Source: an uncultured Actinomycetes bacterium | GTDB lineage: Bacteria; Actinomycetota; Thermoleophilia; UBA2241 | Assembly: GCA_963709345.1 (NCBI GenBank) | Contig: CAVPVX010000007.1 | Span: 416,001-480,000, forward strand | Reading direction: 5' to 3' | Length of the DNA: 64,000 nt | In this document: positions 38,676-49,500 of the stretch, in pieces | How positions within the stretch are numbered: the first letter of the stretch is position 1 | Layout: each line of letters begins with the position of its first letter | The notes under the pieces: generated by a model | Database searches by the model: none | What the model saw: the letters and a program-made list of their open reading frames with translations, nothing else | Told to the model about the DNA's origin: nothing | Made by a program: the position numbers and the translations under genes

Positions 38676-40490
38676 ATGAAGCGCTCCCTCTACCGCGAGT
38701 ATCGCCCGCAGACCTTCGCCGAACTGGTCGGGCAGGACCACGTGGCGCGCACGCTGCGCAACGCGGTCGAGACCGACCAGGTCGCCCACGCCTACATCTT
38801 CGCGGGGCCGCGCGGCACCGGCAAGACGAGCACCGCGCGCATCCTCGCCAAGGCGCTGAACTGTGTGGGCGCGGATGGCTCCCAGGAGCGGCCCACGGCC
38901 ACCCCCTGCGGCGTCTGCCGCCACTGCGTGGCCATCGCCGACGGCGTCTCGCTCGACGTGGTCGAGATGGACGCCGCCTCTCACAACGGGGTCGAAGACG
39001 TGCGCGAGCTGCGCGACACGATCGCCTTCGCGCCCATAGACGGACGCTTCAAGGTCTATATCGTGGACGAGGTCCACATGATGTCGAACGCGGCATTCAA
39101 TGCGCTGCTGAAGACCCTCGAGGAGCCGCCGCAAAACGTGATCTTCGTGCTCGCCACCACCGAGCCGCACAAGATCCCGGAGACCATCATCTCGCGCTGT
39201 CAGATGTTCGACTTCCACCGGCCGCGGGTCACCGACATCGTGCGCCTGCTGGAGAGCATCGTGCAAGGCGAGAACGAGCGGCCGGAAGAGGAGCGTGGCG
39301 GCGCGCCCATCGCGATCCAGGACGAGGCGCTGCACATCATCGCGCGCCACTCCCAGGGAGGGTTCCGCGACGCCATCGGCACGCTCGACAAGCTGGTGAC
39401 CTACTCGGAGGGGACGATCGCCGCCGTGGACGTGCTCGAGGCGCTCGGCGTGACCAGCAGCGAGCTCCTCTTCGAGATCACCGACATCGTCACCGAGCGG
39501 CGCACCGCCGAGGCGCTCCAGTTCGTCCAGCGCCTCGCCAACGAGGGCGCCGACTACTCCCAGTTCATCCGCGACCTCCTGCGCCACCTGCGGCAGCTCT
39601 TCCTGCTCCAGCACATCGAAGAGGCGGCAGGCGACGCGTCGGCGCTGCGCACGCTGGGCCAGACCGTCGAACTGGACGGCGAGCTGCTCCGCGAGCACGA
39701 GCAGCGCGCCAACCAGGTGTCCCCGCGCGAAGTCGTGTTCTTCATCGAAGCACTCGGACAGGCCCAGCGCGAGATCCGCGACGGTCTCGATCCGCGGCTG
39801 CAGCTCGAGCTGGCGCTCGTCAAGGTCACGCGCCCCGAGCTCGATCACTCGGCCGCCGCCCTCGAGGAGCGCCTGCGGCGCCTCGAGGCCGGTGGCGTTC
39901 CCGCGCCGCCGCGGCCCACGCGCGACGCACCGGCGCGTCCGGCCGGCGCGGCCCCCGAAGAAGCCGCGACGACGCCCGACGACGCGCCGCGGGCGAAGAT
40001 CCCGGCGCCCGACGCGACTCCGCAGACGGCTCCTTCAGCGGCCGCGGCACAGAGCGCCGCGCCCTCGCCTGCTCCCGACGCTCCCGCGAGCGATGCGCCC
40101 CAGGAGCTCACTCTGGAGCGCGTGCGCCGTGCCTGGGAGCTCGTCTTGCAGCGCGTCCAGGCCGCGCGCGTCCCGCTCTACGGCTTTCTTCGCGACGCGC
40201 GCCCGGGCGCCCTCGACGGGGAGACGCTCACCGTCGTCTTCCCCTCGGACTTCGCGCTCCGCAACGCGTCCATGGGAGACAACGCCGCCGTGCTCGCCGA
40301 CGCCGTCCACGGCGTCCTCGGGAGCCGCGTGACGCCGCGCTTCGAGCTCGCCGCGGGCTCGACTGAGCCCTCCGCGCCTCCGGCGCCGGCCGCCGCGTCG
40401 CCCGCCCCGGCGGCCCTCCCCGACTTCACCGACCAGATCCGCGCCGCACAGACCAAGCTCGATGCCGAGCTGCTGCCCGACGACTCCTAA
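38676..40490 (+). CDS. dnaX: DNA polymerase III subunit gamma/tau
   Basis: LYREYRPQTF, GPRGTGKTS, DEVH, NALLKTLEEPP, SRC. Confidence 0.96.
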   Translation: MKRSLYREYRPQTFAELVGQDHVARTLRNAVETDQVAHAYIFAGPRGTGKTSTARILAKALNCVGADGSQERPTATPCGVCRHCVAIADGVSLDVVEMDAASHNGVEDVRELRDTIAFAPIDGRFKVYIVDEVHMMSNAAFNALLKTLEEPPQNVIFVLATTEPHKIPETIISRCQMFDFHRPRVTDIVRLLESIVQGENERPEEERGGAPIAIQDEALHIIARHSQGGFRDAIGTLDKLVTYSEGTIAAVDVLEALGVTSSELLFEITDIVTERRTAEALQFVQRLANEGADYSQFIRDLLRHLRQLFLLQHIEEAAGDASALRTLGQTVELDGELLREHEQRANQVSPREVVFFIEALGQAQREIRDGLDPRLQLELALVKVTRPELDHSAAALEERLRRLEAGGVPAPPRPTRDAPARPAGAAPEEAATTPDDAPRAKIPAPDATPQTAPSAAAAQSAAPSPAPDAPASDAPQELTLERVRRAWELVLQRVQAARVPLYGFLRDARPGALDGETLTVVFPSDFALRNASMGDNAAVLADAVHGVLGSRVTPRFELAAGSTEPSAPPAPAAASPAPAALPDFTDQIRAAQTKLDAELLPDDS

Positions 40491-40500
40491 GGAGAACGCC

Positions 40501-40827
40501 TTGGCGAACCCCCAGTACAACAAGATGATGAAGCAGGTCCAGGAGATGCAGCGCAAGATGGCGCAGGCTCAGGAAGAGCTCGCCGACGAGACCGTCGAGG
40601 CGAGCGCCGGCGGTGGCATCGTCACCGTCGTCATCACCGGCGCCCTCGAGGTCAAAGAAGTCCGCATCAAGCCCGAGGCCGTCGACCCCGAAGACGTCGA
40701 GATGCTGCAGGACCTCGTGGTCGCCGCGACAAACGAGGCGCTGCGCGCCGCGCAGGACGTCGCCAGCACCAAGCTCGGCGGCGCCACCGGCGGCATCGAC
40801 CTGCCGAACATCCCCGGTCTGTTCTGA
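40501..40827 (+). CDS. ybaB: YbaB/EbfC nucleoid-associated protein
   Basis: MMKQVQEMQ, AGGG.V.V, DPEDVEMLQDL; between dnaX and recR. Confidence 0.93.
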   Translation: MANPQYNKMMKQVQEMQRKMAQAQEELADETVEASAGGGIVTVVITGALEVKEVRIKPEAVDPEDVEMLQDLVVAATNEALRAAQDVASTKLGGATGGIDLPNIPGLF

Positions 40828-41004
40828 CACGCGCCGCCGCCGACGAGCCGTGAGAGCGCGTCCCAGCGGCGGGGGTCACATCTCGATGGCAGTGGCCACG
40901 TGAAGCCGCTACAATTGGAAGTCGCGCCCGCGGGCTGCGTCACCGCCGGGTGCGCCTATTCATGGCACTGCATATCGACTCACGCTGCCGCGAGGAGAAC
41001 GAGA

Positions 41005-41607
41005 GTGTATTCACCGGCCGTCGAGCGTCTGATCACCGAGCTGGCCAAGCTCCCCGGCATCGGGCCCCGCACGGCGCAGCGCCTCGCCTTCCACATGCTG
41101 AGGCTGCGGCCTGACGAGATCCTTCCCCTGGCCGATGCGATCATGGAGGTCAAGGAGAAGATCGGCTTCTGCAGCCGCTGCTTCAACCTCGCCGAGGGAG
41201 ACCTCTGCGTCATCTGTGCCGATACCAGGCGCGACCCGCGGCTCCTCTGCGTGGTCGAGCAGCCGTTCGACATCGTGACCATCGAGCGCACGCGTGAGTT
41301 CCGCGGCTACTACCACGTGCTCGGTGGCGCGCTCAGCCCACTCGACGGCGTCGAGCCCGGCGACCTCCGCATCGCGGAGCTGGCCGAGCGCGTCGACGAC
41401 GACCTCGAAGAAGTCATCCTGGCGACCAACCCCACCATGACCGGTGAGGCGACCGCCATGTACATCGCCGACCTGCTGCCGAGCCGCGTGCGCGTGACCC
41501 GCCTCGCAAGCGGCCTGCCGGTCGGCGGCGACCTTGAATACGCGGACGAGCTCACGCTGGGCCGCGCCCTCTCCGGGCGGCGCAGCCTCAGGCGTGGAGA
41601 GGAGTGA
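41005..41607 (+). CDS. recR: Recombination mediator RecR
   Basis: LPGIGPRTAQRLA, C4 zinc finger, YHVLGG, GEATA, LEYADE. Confidence 0.96.
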   Translation: MYSPAVERLITELAKLPGIGPRTAQRLAFHMLRLRPDEILPLADAIMEVKEKIGFCSRCFNLAEGDLCVICADTRRDPRLLCVVEQPFDIVTIERTREFRGYYHVLGGALSPLDGVEPGDLRIAELAERVDDDLEEVILATNPTMTGEATAMYIADLLPSRVRVTRLASGLPVGGDLEYADELTLGRALSGRRSLRRGEE

Positions 41608-41609
41608 CC

Positions 41610-42221
41610 ATGGCGACCAAGAGTGGGGCCACGAAGCAGCCCAAGGCACCCAGCGGCCTCACGGAGATCCGCTGGCACGGCCGCGGCGGCCAGGGGGCCG
41701 TCACGGCGGCCAAGATGGTCGCCGAACTGGCGCTCGGCGAGAAGAAGTACTTCCAGGCGTTCCCCGAGTACGGGCCCGAGCGCTCGGGCGCGCCGATCGT
41801 CGCCTTCACGCGCGTCAGCGACGAGCCTATCCAGGTGTACGCCGGCGTCGAGCACCCGCAGATCGTCGTCGTGCTCGACCCGTCGCTGCTCGGCGTCGTC
41901 GACGTCACCAAGGGCGCGCCGGACGACGCCATCGTGCTCGTCAACAGCGAGATGACCCCCGCCGAGCTGCGCAAGCACTACAAGCTCGAGGGCTTCCGGT
42001 ACTGCACGATCGCGGCGACCCGCATCGCCACCGAGACGATCAAGCGGCCCATCCCCAACACCCCCATGGTCGGCGCCCTCACGCGCATCACGGGGCTCTT
42101 CCCGATCGACGACGTCGTCGCGTTCCTGCGCGAGGACTTCGGCAAGAAGTTCCCGCCCAAGGTGGTCGAAGGCAACATCAACGCGATCACCCGCAGCTAC
42201 GAGGAGGTCAAGGCCGAATGA
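41610..42221 (+). CDS. porC: Pyruvate:ferredoxin oxidoreductase gamma subunit
   Basis: EIRWHGRGGQGAVT, FPEYGPERSGAP, PNTPMVGAL. Confidence 0.93.
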   Translation: MATKSGATKQPKAPSGLTEIRWHGRGGQGAVTAAKMVAELALGEKKYFQAFPEYGPERSGAPIVAFTRVSDEPIQVYAGVEHPQIVVVLDPSLLGVVDVTKGAPDDAIVLVNSEMTPAELRKHYKLEGFRYCTIAATRIATETIKRPIPNTPMVGALTRITGLFPIDDVVAFLREDFGKKFPPKVVEGNINAITRSYEEVKAE

Positions 42222-42604
42222 CCGTCGACAAGAAGGCCGGGGCCAAGAAGCCGGTCCCCCTCAAGAAGCCCCGCGCCCGCAAGGCCGCGACGAAGAAGCC
42301 CGCGTGGGACATCAGCGATGTCGACTCGTGGGGCCCCGAGCGACACGAGCTCGGCGCGACGATCATCGAAGCCGGGAACTCCGTGTACAACGAGACCGGC
42401 GGCTGGCGCTCGATGGTCCCCGAGATCGACAGGGCGAAGTGCGACGGCTGCATGCTCTGCTACTTCTACTGCCCCGACGCCTCGATCGTGATCGAGGGCG
42501 GCAAGGCCGTCGGCGTCGACCTCGAGCACTGCAAGGGCTGCGGCATCTGCGCCAGGGAGTGCCCCACCGACGCCATCGTCATGAAGATCGACGCGAAGGA
42601 GTGA
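42218..42604 (+). CDS. porD: Pyruvate:ferredoxin oxidoreductase delta subunit
   Basis: TGGWRS, CDGCMLCYFYCP, CKGCGICARECP. Confidence 0.92.
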   Translation: MTVDKKAGAKKPVPLKKPRARKAATKKPAWDISDVDSWGPERHELGATIIEAGNSVYNETGGWRSMVPEIDRAKCDGCMLCYFYCPDASIVIEGGKAVGVDLEHCKGCGICARECPTDAIVMKIDAKE

Positions 42605-42606
42605 AC

Positions 42607-43810
42607 GTGGCCCCCACCGACACCGAGATCCTCGCGGTCACCGGGAACGAGGCGGCCGCCGAAGCCATGGGTCAGATCGACCCGGACGTGGTGTGCGCCT
42701 ACCCCATCACCCCGCAGACCGAGGTCGTCCAGCTGTTCGCCCAGATGGTCGCCGACGGCAAGGTCGAGAGCGAGTTCGTCACCGTCGAGAGTGAGCACTC
42801 GGCGATGAGCGCCGTGATCGGCTCGGCGGCCGGCGGCGCGCGGACGATGACTGCCACCTCCTCCCAGGGCTACGCCCTCATGTGGGAGGTCCTGTACGTC
42901 GCCGCGAGCTACCGGCTCCCGGTCGTCATGACCACCGTCAACCGCGCCCTCTCCGGCCCCATCAACATCCACTGCGACCACAGCGACACCATGGGCGGCC
43001 GCGACGCCGGCTGGATCCAGCTCTACGGCGAGAACCACCAGGAGGCCTACGACAACTGCATTCAGGCAGTCCGCATCGGCGAGCACGCCGACGTCCGTCT
43101 GCCGGTCACGCACATGTACGACGGCTACGTCATCAGCGGCGCCATCGGCCCGCTGCAGATGCTCACGAAGGAGCAGGTGCAGGAGTTCATCGGCCCGTAT
43201 CACGCGATCAACCCCATGCTCGACACCGAGCACCCCGGTGACGGTGGGTCCCTTCGACGGCCTGCACGGCTGGTACTTCGAGCATAAGGTGGCGCAGAAC
43301 CGCGCCATGGACCGAGCCCTCACGGTGATCCAGGACGTCGCCGACGAGTACGCGGAGCTCAGCGGCCGTCAGTACGGCCTGCTCGACCCGTACCGTCTGG
43401 AGGACGCCGAGGTCGCCATCGTCGTGGTCGGCTCCACCGCCGGCACGACGCGCATGACGGTCGACAAGTTGCGCGCCCAGGGCGTCAAGGCCGGCATGGT
43501 GCGCGTGCGCGCCTTCCGGCCCTTCCCGCACGAGGCATACGCCAAGGCGCTCGAGCACGTCAAGGTCGTGGGCGTCATGGACCGTGCCGATTCGTTCGGC
43601 GCCCAGGGCGGCCCCGTCTTCCTCGAGGTCCGCGCGGCCCTGTACGACAGCGACCCGCGGCCCCAGGTCCTCCCGTTGATCTACGGGCTCGGCGGCCGCG
43701 ACATCTTCCCCAACAACATCGAGCAGGCGTTCGCAGTGCTCCAGAACGCCGCGCAGAGCAAGACGCGGACCTCGACGGAGCGTCGGTACCTCAACCTGCG
43801 CAAGGACTGA
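42607..43810 (+). CDS. porA: Pyruvate:ferredoxin oxidoreductase alpha subunit (one frameshift near 43235)
   Basis: AYPITPQT, ESEHSAMS, TSSQG, NRALSGPINIHCDH, FRPFP, YGLGGRD. Confidence 0.92.
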
Positions 43811-43820
43811 GGTGACCAGC

Positions 43821-44646
43821 ATGCCCAGAGACAAGGCACGGAACGGCAAGACGAGGATCGAGCCCAAGGGTTCCGCCCTCTACGAAGTCCTCAAGGGCAT
43901 CGACTTCGAGCGCCGCGAGCTGGTCGACAAGAGCAAGGGCGTCGGCCTGTTCGACCTCGTCAAGGCCAGGGACGGCGGCTACCGCTGCTACTCCTGCACC
44001 CTGTGCGAGCGCACTTGCCCCGTCGACTGCATCGAGATCGACTACTGCCCGGAGTTCGAGGAACTGCCCTTCGACGTCGAGGCCGAGCGCGCCGCCGCGC
44101 TGGCGACGCTGCCCGGCGAGAGCTGCGGCGCGGGCGCCGCCTGCGTGATGGGCGAGAAGCCGGCCGGCTACATGCCCGAGATCGACATGAAGCTCTTCGA
44201 CCCCGTGATCGCCGGGCTGCGTGACGGCACCGGCCTCGTCGAGGCGCTGCACGCCACCCAGGACGCCTTCGGCTGGCTGCCGCGCGTGGCGCTCGAGGAG
44301 ATCGCCGGCGAGATGAACCTGCCGTTCTCGCGGGTCTTCGGCGTGGCCAGCTTCTACGCGCAGTTCCGCCTCCAGCCGGTGGGCAAGCACGTGATCGACG
44401 TGTGCATGGGCACCGCCTGCCACGTGGCCGGCGCGCCGCTCGTCGTCGGAGGCCTTCGCCCAGGAGCTCGATACTCCCGTCGGCACCACGACACCCGACG
44501 GCTGTTCACGCTGCAGACGGTGAACTGCATCGGCGCCTGCGCCCTGGCCCCGGCCGTGCGCATCGGCGACGACGACACCCACGGGCGCGTCACGCCCCAG
44601 CGAGGCGCGAAAGCTCATCCGTCAGCTCCGCAAGAAGGAGGCCTGA
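43821..44646 (+). CDS. NuoE/HydC-like 2Fe-2S subunit with an N-terminal single 4Fe-4S motif (frameshifts)
   Basis: CYSCTLCERTCP, then ASFYAQF, VCMGTACH, CIGACALAP. Confidence 0.85.
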
Positions 44647-44647
44647 G

Positions 44648-46577
44648 GTGGCGGCCGGCAAGACCAACGGGTCCGCCCGCCAGGCACGCATCGACGAAGC
44701 CCTCAAAGCCGCCCACCGGCCCGAGCTCGCGACCGGCGGCGAAGACACCGTCAAGATACGCGTCTGCGCCGGCTCGACCTGCCACGCCTGGGCCGGACGG
44801 CGCTGAGCCACGCCCTCACCAAGGCGATCGCGAAGCGTGGCCTCACCGACAGCGTCAGCCGTGGTGCTCACCGGCTGTCACGGCCTGTGCCAGGAGGGCC
44901 CCATCGTGGTGGTCCACCCGCAGGGCATCTTCTACCCGAGGCTCAAGGCCAAGGACATCGCCGAGATCGTCGACACGAGCGTCGTCGGCGACGGCGTCGT
45001 CGAGCGCCTGCTCTACAAGGACCCCGCGACCGGTGAGGCCGTCCCGCTCGAGAAGGACGTACCCTTCTAGCGCTGGCCAGACACGCGTCGTGCTGCGCCC
45101 TCAACGGCTACGATCGACCCCTGTCGATCGACGACTACATCTCGCACGGCGGCTACGCCGCGCTGGCAAGCGTGCTCAAGCAGGCCGACCCCGAAGCCGT
45201 GATCGCCGAGGTCGAGAAGAGCGGCCTGCGCGGCCGCGGCGGCGCCGGCTTCCCCGACGGGCAGGAAGTGGCGCTTCTGCCGCGCCAATCCGGGCGAGAA
45301 GCACTACGTCATCTGCAACGGCGACGAGGGCGACCCCGGCGCGTTCATGGACCGCGTCGGTGCTCGAGGACGACCCGCACCGCGTGATCGAGGGCATGCT
45401 CATCGCCGCCTTCGCGATCGGCGCCGACGAGGGCTACGTGTACGTGCGCCACGAGTACCCGTTCGCCGTCGCGCGCCTGCGCGACGCGCTGGAGCAGGCG
45501 CGTGAGCGCGGCCTGCTCGACGACGACATCCTCGGCTACGGGCTTGGAGCTTCGACCTGCGCATCAACCAGGGCGCCGGCGCCTTCGTCTGCGGCGAGTC
45601 GACCGCCCTCACCGCCTCCATCGAGGGACATCGCGGCATGCCGCGCGGCAAGCACATCCGCACGGTCGGCCCGCGGCCTCTGGGGTCAGCCGACCAACCT
45701 CAACAACGTCGAGAGCTACGCCAACGGTGCCGTGGATCATCAACCACGGCGCCGACGCCTTCGCGGCGATGGGCACGGAGACGTGCAAAGGGCACCAAGA
45801 TCTTCTCGCTCACCGGCAAGGTACGGAACTCCGGCCTCGTCGAGGTCCCCATGGGCGCCACGCTGCGCGAAGTGATCTTCGACATCGGTGGCGGCATGCA
45901 GGAGGGCCACGAGTTCAAGGCCGTGCAGCTCGGCGGCCCGCAGCGGGGGCTGCCTGCCCGCCGAGCTCCTCGACACGCCCATCGACTTCGAGAACCTCAT
46001 GGCCAAGTACGGCTCGATGATGGGCTCCGGCGGCATGGTCGTCGTCGACGAGACCACCTGTATGGTCGACTTCGCCAAGTTCTTCTTCCGGTTCACCGCG
46101 GAGGAGAGCTGCGGCAAGTGCGTGCCGTGCCGCGTCGGCACCCAGCGCATGCTGGAGATCCTCGAGCGCATCACCGCGGGCATGGGCACCGTCGACGACA
46201 TCGACCTGCTCGAACGGCTCAGCGGCGACATCGTCGAGGGTTCGCTCTGCCAGCTCGGCGGCAGCGCTCCCAACCCCGTGCTCACCATGCTGCGGTACTT
46301 CCGCGACGAGGTCATGGCTCACGTGGTCGACCACCGCTGCCCGGCCAAGGTGTGCCGGCCGCTGATCCGCTACACCATCGACGCCGACGCCTGCACCGGC
46401 TGCCACGTCTGCGTTGACGCCTGCCCGACCAACGCCATCAGCGGCGAGCGCAAGCAGCTGCACCTCATCGACCAGAAGCTCTGCATCCAGTGCGACACCT
46501 GCCGCCAGGTCTGCAAATTCGACGCCATCCCCGTCGTCGACGCGGAACCGGCGCTGATCGAAGGGAGGCGGCAGTGA
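44648..46577 (+). CDS. NuoF/HydB-like FMN/NADH-binding subunit (multiple frameshifts)
   Basis: N-terminal 2Fe-2S ([11 protein letters not shown]), [44 protein letters not shown]-terminal 2x4Fe-4S. Confidence 0.88.
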
Positions 46578-49500
46578 GCACGCGTACCAAAGCCGCCGTG
46601 AGACTCACCATCAACGGCACGACGCTGAACGCCCGCGAGGGCGAGACCGTCCTGCAGGTCGCGCGCCGCGAAGGCATCGAGATCCCGGCGCTGTGCCACG
46701 AAGAGGGCACAGCGGCGTGGGGCGCCTGCCGCCTCTGCATGGTCGAGGTCGAAGGCCTCGACAAGCTGCAAGCGGCCTGCACCACATGGGTCAAGGACGG
46801 CCAGGTGGTCAAGACCGACACGCCGCGTGTCCGCGCCCGGCGCGAGAGCTACCTCAAGATGTACCTCTCGGACCACAACGCCTACTGCGAGGCGCCCTGC
46901 TCGGACGCCTGCCCGACGCACATCGACATCCCCGCGTACATGGCGGCGCTGGCCGGCGGCGACGCATCCGCGGCCGCCGCGATCGTGCGCGAGGAGCTGC
47001 CGTTCCCCGGCATCCTCGGGCGCGTCTGCCCGCGCTACTGCGAGCCGGTGTGCCGGCGCGGCGACATCGACGAGCCGATCGCCATCTGCGCCCTGCACCG
47101 GGCGGCCGCAGACCACAGCGACACGCTGCTCGTGCCCGGCATCCCGACCGGCAGACGCGTCGCCGTCATCGGCGCCGGCCCGGCCGGCCTCGCCGCAGCC
47201 TGGTTCCTGACCGAACGCGGCAACCAGGTCACGGTCTACGACGCGAACGAGAAGGCCGGCGGCTCGCTCCGCTACAGCATTCCCGAGTTCCGTCTCCCGG
47301 AGAAGGTCGTCGACAAGGAGCTCGCGCCGTTGTGGCAGGCGGGCGTGCGCTTCGCCGGCGAGTCGGAGCTCGGCTACGAGGTCGATCCCGACGGGCTCTT
47401 CGACGCCGGCTTCGACGCCGTCGTGATCAGCGTCGGCACGTGGGAGGAGCCCGAGCACATCCTCCCCGGCGACGACGTCGCGCTCCGCGGCCTCGAGCTG
47501 CTGCGCCGCGCCCGCGAGGGCCGCGCGGTCAAGTTCACACAGAAGGTCGCCGTGATCGGCGACGGCATCACCGCCCTCGACGTGGCGCGCACGGCGCGGC
47601 GCAAGGGGGCCAAGCAGGTCGTCGTCATCGCCCAGCACGACGCCGAGAGCATCCCGGCCGGCGCGCGCGAGCTCGCGGCCGCACTCGAGGAGGGCGTCAA
47701 GTTCGAGTTCGGCACCCTCGCCAAGAAGGTCAAGACCAGGTCCGGCAAGGCCCAAGGCGTGGAGTGCGTGCGCGTGGTGCGCGAAAAGGGCCGCACCAAG
47801 GAGGTCCGCGGCTCGCGCTTCGAGATGGCCGCCACGACCGTGGTGCTGGCCACCGGGTACGCACCCAAGCTCGGAGACAGCGCCGACTACCTACCGCTCT
47901 CGGACGGCGTCCGGCTGATGGCGAACCACTACACCGGGCGCACGCCCGAAGACGGCGTGTTCGCGGCCGGCGACGCCAGCACCGGCCCCCGGTCCGTCAT
48001 CCACGCCGTCGCCGGCGGCAAGCGCACGGCGCTCGCCGTGGACGCCTGGCTCCGCGGCGAGGACCTCGAGGAGCTCGAGGAGAACCTCGCCGTGTTCGCC
48101 GGCCTCCCCTACCTCGAGCAGCTCAAAGACGAGGAGCGGCTGGGCGAGCTCGGCCTGCGCCTCGCCGAGCGCAGCCCCGTGTGGCTCAAGATGGGCGCGA
48201 GCGCCGAACCTGCGGCTCGCGCCACCATGCCCAAGGTCGGCAAGGTCAAGCGCCTCTCGGCGACCGACGTCGAGGTCGAAAAGGGGTACAGCCTCGCCGC
48301 CGCCCGCTCCGAAGCCATGCGCTGCCTGCAGTGCGAGTGCCCGAGCAACGGCGCCTGCGACCTGCAGAGGCTCGGGGTGGAGTACGGCGTCTCCGACAAC
48401 GAGCTCATCGTCAAGGGCGGCCTCGTGCGCAAGGTCGAGGCGCAGTACGAGCACCCCTTCATCCGCCGCGACATGGATCGCTGCATCGCCTGCGGCAAGT
48501 GCGTGCGCGTGTGCCGGGACGTGGCCGGCCCGGCCTGCTACGACTTCACCGGGCGAGGCTTCGCGATCAACGTCGACACACCGTACGGCGAGGCCCTCCA
48601 GCTCGCCGATTGCATCTCCTGCGGGCGCTGCGTCACCTCGTGCCCGACCGGCGCGCTCACCTACAACGAGCGTGAGCTCAGCTCGTTCCGCGTCGACGAG
48701 AGCCGCTGCATCATGTGCCACGAGTGCGTGGACGTCTGCCCCGTCGACGCTCTCAAGGAGACCAATCACTTCGAGAACGCGCGCACGAAGTGGCTCGAGC
48801 TCGTGGCTCAGGGCAGCCAGCTCGCCGGCGGGCACCGCATGTGCGCCGGCTGCGGCGCGCCGATCGTCGTCCGCCAGGTCCTCATGGGCACGAGCGACCC
48901 GGTGGTCGTGAGCGCGGCGACCGGCTGCCTGGAGGTGAGCACGACGATCTATCCGTACACATCGTGGAAAGGCAGCTACATCCACACCGCCTTCGAGAAC
49001 GCGGCCGCCACGCTGAGCGGCGTTGAGACCGCCTACCGCGCCCTCAAGAAGAAGGGCAAGCTGGAGGAGAACGTCAAGTTCATCGCCTTCGGCGGCGACG
49101 GCGGCACCTACGACATCGGCCTGCAGTCGCTGTCGGGCGCCATGGAGCGCGGCCACGACATGCTCTACGTCTGCTACGACAACGGCGCCTACATGAACAC
49201 CGGTTTCCAGCGCTCCGGCGCCACCCCACATGGCGCCTGGACGACGACGAGCCCCGTGGGCAAGGAGACGGCGGGCAAACTCCAGAACCGCAAGAACCTC
49301 ACCGACATCATGATCGCTCACGAGCTAGGCTACGTGGCTCAGGCCTCGCCGCACGACCCGCGCGATCTCGTGCGCAAGGCGTCCAAGGCACTGGCGACTC
49401 CGGGCGCCTCGTTCCTCAACGTCCTGGCGCCCTGCCCCCGCGGCTGGCGCGCAGACGGAGCCGAGACCATCGACCTCGCCCGCGAGGCCGTCAACACCTG

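Noticed and set aside
45060-45075. In-frame TAG in the nuoF-like gene as possible pyrrolysine or readthrough
   Set aside because: Removing one base restores TTC TAC GCT GGC CAG and the downstream frame; it is an indel artefact
43200-46000. Many frameshifts in porA and the nuoE/nuoF-like genes suggesting pseudogenes or programmed frameshifting
   Set aside because: Mostly isolated extra bases with all motifs conserved and no other decay; clustered like low-coverage long-read errors. Needs read polishing to confirm.
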